Assembly: GCA_021107435.1 (NCBI GenBank)
Contig: JAIOSV010000104.1
Location: 3,641 to 67,640, forward strand
Reading direction: 5' to 3'
Length of the DNA stretch: 64,000 nucleotides
From: Candidatus Sabulitectum sp.
GTDB lineage: Bacteria; Fermentibacterota; Fermentibacteria; Fermentibacterales; JCC-6
Positions within the stretch are counted from its first letter, which is position 1, and the number at the start of each line of letters is the position of its first letter. The notes beneath the pieces are model-generated. The model did no database searches and was not told where the DNA came from. It worked only from the letters and a program-made list of their open reading frames with translations. Of this stretch, positions 60,892-64,000 are shown piece after piece. The position numbers and the translations under genes are program-made.

Positions 60892-60977
60892 AAAATAGCA
60901 AAGTACGGAATTGGAAAAAGAAGTAGCTAAGTATGGAATCAGGAAGAGAAGTAGGAATAGGAAAAGGAGATGAAATA

Positions 60978-61316
60978 ATGTCGAAGCCTTTCAGGAATCT
61001 TGTTGACAGCATTTCTCCAGAGCGCAAGAGAAAGATAGACTCAAGGACTAATGAGCTTCTACGGGAAATGGAAATTGGTGAGCTCAGAAGGGCTCTGGAC
61101 ATTACACAAGAGGAGCTTGCAGTAGCTTTGGAAATGAAGCAGTCTGCCATTTCCAGAATTGAACATCAGTCAGACATGTTTATTAGCACTCTAGGGAGTA
61201 TCCTTTCTGCTATGGGCGCAACACTGAAGATTGTTGCTAGTTTCCCCGAAGGTGATATACAAATCAATCAATTCGAGGATGTCAGAAATGGTAAGGTTTC
61301 TCCAATAGTAAAATAA
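60978..61316 (+). CDS. XRE-family HTH antitoxin (HigA-like)
   Basis: LRRALDITQEELA...QSAISRIE..SDMFISTL; AAGGAG RBS. Confidence 0.88.
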   Translation: MSKPFRNLVDSISPERKRKIDSRTNELLREMEIGELRRALDITQEELAVALEMKQSAISRIEHQSDMFISTLGSILSAMGATLKIVASFPEGDIQINQFEDVRNGKVSPIVK

Positions 61317-61425
61317 CCGGCCATGTACCCAGGCATATTGTGAATTCTATTCGAGCAGTGCGAGACTAACTTACATGCAGTTTCCGCAGTGGACACCTTC
61401 GAATCTCACGGTAAGAACTTACAGT

Positions 61426-61451
61426 TGGCACCCCGAACAGGATTCGAACCT
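61426..61451 (-). other. tRNA 3'-end fragment (T-loop, acceptor strand, CCA); likely att site
   Basis: Minus strand AGGTTCGAATCCTGTTCGGGGTGCCA; no matching 5' acceptor strand, D-arm or anticodon arm upstream. Confidence 0.8.
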
Positions 61452-61591
61452 TGAATCGCCGGAGCTTTGATAAGCTGAAATAGCTCTGGTCTACGAATAC
61501 ATTTCGTCAGTCAGCCTTTCCCGTGAAGAGGCTTTTCTGTTATTTTCGCATGTTCGTATGGTGGGGTGGTGAGACAGAAGGGTTGAGTGGT

Positions 61592-62458
61592 ATGAGGATC
61601 GCAGATATTTATGAAAAAGATGAGCCTGTTCTTTCTCTTGAGGTATTTCCTCCAAAGCCGGGGTACAGCCTTAAAACAGTATTCCGTACTCTTGATCATC
61701 TCTGTGATCTGAATCCCTCATTTGTCAGTGTTACTTATGCTTCCCAGGGCGAATCAACAAACAGAACTGTTGAGATTGCCTCACGCGTGAGAGATGAATA
61801 CGAATGTGAATCTCTGGCACACATGACCTGTATTGGTCATACCAGGCAGGAAGTGGCCTCTGTTCTGGACAGTCTTGAGGCTCGCGGCGTCGAGAATATT
61901 CTTGCCCTCCGGGGAGATATGCCCTCAGATTCTTCCGGAATAGTCAGAGACTACCATTTCGCCAGCGAGCTTATTGCAGAGATCGCTGATCGCGGCAGCT
62001 TCTGTGTAGGCGCAGCTGCTTACCCGGAAGGGCATATCGAGTCAAAAAGAATAAGCCACGACCTGGACAATCTCAAGCGTAAAGTGGATGCCGGTGCCGA
62101 GTTTCTTATTACACAGTTGTTTTTCGATAACAGGATTTTTTATGACTTCATGGAACGGGCACGATACAGGAACATTGATGTTCCCATTGTCCCGGGGATA
62201 ATGCCCATACTGAACTACAAACAGATTAAAAGAATCCTGATGATGTGCGAGGTATCCATTCCCGCAAAGCTCCTGAATATGTTCGACAAGTACTCCAATG
62301 ACCCAGGAGACCTTGCAAAGGCCGGAGTAGACTATGCGACAGAACAGGTATCGGAACTTGTTGAAGAAGGCGCGCAGGGGATTCATCTCTACACCATGAA
62401 TCGAGTTCCTCAAATTCGGGAAATTATTTTCCGCGCTGATCTTCGGGAACAGATGTGA
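61592..62458 (+). CDS. metF: Methylenetetrahydrofolate reductase
   Basis: SLEVFPPK, FVSVTY, LAHMTC, LALRGD, AAYPEGH, ITQLFFD, HLYTMN. Confidence 0.95.
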   Translation: MRIADIYEKDEPVLSLEVFPPKPGYSLKTVFRTLDHLCDLNPSFVSVTYASQGESTNRTVEIASRVRDEYECESLAHMTCIGHTRQEVASVLDSLEARGVENILALRGDMPSDSSGIVRDYHFASELIAEIADRGSFCVGAAAYPEGHIESKRISHDLDNLKRKVDAGAEFLITQLFFDNRIFYDFMERARYRNIDVPIVPGIMPILNYKQIKRILMMCEVSIPAKLLNMFDKYSNDPGDLAKAGVDYATEQVSELVEEGAQGIHLYTMNRVPQIREIIFRADLREQM

Positions 62459-63003
62459 AACGACTGTTTTTACCGGTAAGCCTTTCCCCGCCCACTCTGA
62501 AGCAGGTACTCTGGCGATCGGGGTGCCCGCCCCATGAGGCTGGAGCAGAAATAGAGGGTAGCGCCAGAAAAGCTCTTTCAGTACTTGAAGAGCTTTCTTC
62601 AGGGGCCGTACATGGCGCTGTGCTCTTTAGTTCAGGGAAACACCCCTGTTTTCTTCAGGGAATATGGCCGGATAAACTGGTTTCAGTTTCCATCACATCC
62701 CTTGGTCACAGAGTTGATCAATTGCTTGAAGGCCCTGCGGAACTGGATCGTTTCATGCTTGATTCCGCCGCTTCAGTAGCAGTTGAATCTTTAATGAAAA
62801 CTCTTCAGGGGGCAATTGCTGACGAATTGAATATGATTCCCACAAAGAGGATAGCTCCCGGATACGGAGATTTTCCTCTAAGTGCACAGAAAAACATTGT
62901 TGAGTTGTTCCCCGACTCCGGGGTAACCTGTAATGAAAGCTTTATGCTGACACCCGTAAAAAGTATGACTGGAGTAACCGGATGGATTCCGCAAAACAAC
63001 TGA
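62455..63003 (+). CDS. Stand-alone methionine synthase activation-domain-like protein
   Basis: LDSAASVAVE, RIAPGYGDFPL, LTPVKSMTG. Confidence 0.85.
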   Translation: MKRLFLPVSLSPPTLKQVLWRSGCPPHEAGAEIEGSARKALSVLEELSSGAVHGAVLFSSGKHPCFLQGIWPDKLVSVSITSLGHRVDQLLEGPAELDRFMLDSAASVAVESLMKTLQGAIADELNMIPTKRIAPGYGDFPLSAQKNIVELFPDSGVTCNESFMLTPVKSMTGVTGWIPQNN

Positions 63004-64000
63004 GAAACCTGCTTGCTGAAAGAATAGTATTCCTTGACGGCGCCATGGGAACAATGCTTATGAACCGGGGAATGCCGGCGGGAGTCTCCACAGAAATCTG
63101 GGCATCAGAACATACTGAAGATCTTTCCGCTGTTCACCGGTCATACATTGAAGCAGGAAGCGACATCATACTTGCGTGTACATTCGGAGGCAGCCGGATC
63201 AAGCTTGGCTCCGGAACGGGTCCGGCTAACCGTGCTCTCGCAGAGACTGCTCTCGCAGCCGCAGGCGGAAAAGCCATTGCCGCCGCGAGTATCGGTCCGT
63301 CCGGAGAACTGATTCGACCGGTTGGAGATGCAATCTGGATGGACATCTACAACAGTTTTCTTGTTCAGACAAAAGCACTTGCTGAAACCGGAATCAATGT
63401 ATTCTTCCTTGAAACATTTACAGACCCCCGTGAGCTGAAAGCAGCAATCCTGGCCACCCGTGATGCAAGTCCGGATGGATTCATCAGTGCTCACCTCACC
63501 TTCTCCGACAACGTAAGAAGCGGGGCGGGAACTTCTCCTACAGCGCTTGCCCTGCTTTGCAATCAGCTTGCCGTTGACGCTGTGGGCGCCAACTGCTCCA
63601 CAGGCCCTGAAGGTCTGTTGCCTGTTATCAGCGAAATGGCAAGATTTTCAAACAGATTTATCACGGTCGAGCCCAACGCCGGTCTGCCGGACAGCTCAGG
63701 CAACTACGCAATGGCACCGGATCAGTTTGCTGCGGCCACAGAAGAAATGGCCTGGGCCGGAGCATCAATCATAGGCGGATGCTGCGGCACCACTCCTGAA
63801 CACATCACCGCGCTGAGGCGGGCAGTTGGTATCAGATCCACTGAGATGGTAAAGAAAGAGGCTCTTGCAGCATTTACCTCTGTAGACTCTGTGGTTCCCA
63901 TTGGAGGCGCTATGCTGATGGTGGGTGAATCAGTAAACCCGACCGGCAGGAAAGAGCTGAAGAAAGCCATAAGACAAGGAGATCATTCCCATGTTATTTC
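62982..64000 (+). CDS. metH: Cobalamin-dependent methionine synthase (homocysteine S-methyltransferase + pterin-binding domains), partial
   Basis: Manual translation MDSAKQLRNLLAERIVFLDGAMGTML...GANCSTG...PNAGLP...IIGGCCGTTPEHI...VGESVNPTGRK; runs off window end. Confidence 0.92.
   Translation, partial: MDSAKQLRNLLAERIVFLDGAMGTMLMNRGMPAGVSTEIWASEHTEDLSAVHRSYIEAGSDIILACTFGGSRIKLGSGTGPANRALAETALAAAGGKAIAAASIGPSGELIRPVGDAIWMDIYNSFLVQTKALAETGINVFFLETFTDPRELKAAILATRDASPDGFISAHLTFSDNVRSGAGTSPTALALLCNQLAVDAVGANCSTGPEGLLPVISEMARFSNRFITVEPNAGLPDSSGNYAMAPDQFAAATEEMAWAGASIIGGCCGTTPEHITALRRAVGIRSTEMVKKEALAAFTSVDSVVPIGGAMLMVGESVNPTGRKELKKAIRQGDHSHVI

Noticed and set aside
58724-61451. 29-bp repeats as a CRISPR array
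   Set aside because: Spacing is irregular (73-1194 bp), the intervals contain whole genes, the repeats are degenerate and tRNA-like, and no cas genes are present.
61426-61520. Complete tRNA or tmRNA gene
   Set aside because: No 5' acceptor strand, D-arm or anticodon arm; T-stem incomplete; the end is not the tmRNA CTCCACCA type.
61452-61591. SAM riboswitch upstream of metF
   Set aside because: No SAM-I (ATCxAGAG...GGCAACC...GTGC) or SAM-II consensus visible; only simple hairpins.

Overview
Bacterial chromosomal window, roughly mid-40s % GC by eye. T9SS-type C-terminal domains, a C25 gingipain-like protease and a C-terminal 'SWGAIKASF' motif suggest an anaerobic FCB-superphylum organism such as Candidatus Fermentibacterota (inference). 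From left to right: a partial AAA/DUF4143 ATPase; IS630 and IS1634 transposase remnants around an orphan gene; an Rrf2-ferredoxin-hcp operon; housekeeping genes including a long GreA; a large polysaccharide region (~11-34 kb: MurJ, GT2/GT4s, B12 radical SAM, WcaJ-like, DegT, Wzz/Wza/Wzy-like) with serS inside it; a tandem pair of c-di-GMP-I riboswitches, one with a variant ligand-contact base; a cobalamin riboswitch ahead of two secreted, probably B12-binding proteins; a thrC/ApgM-like operon interrupted by a convergent BsuBI/PstI-type R-M pair; a gingipain-like protease; and metF-metH. The most unusual part is an accessory region at ~56.6-61.5 kb. It holds a solo attC-type cassette with an APH(4)-like gene and an integrase-free array of small gene modules separated by 29-bp repeats that mimic a tRNA 3' end. 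All family assignments come from motif recognition, not database searches.
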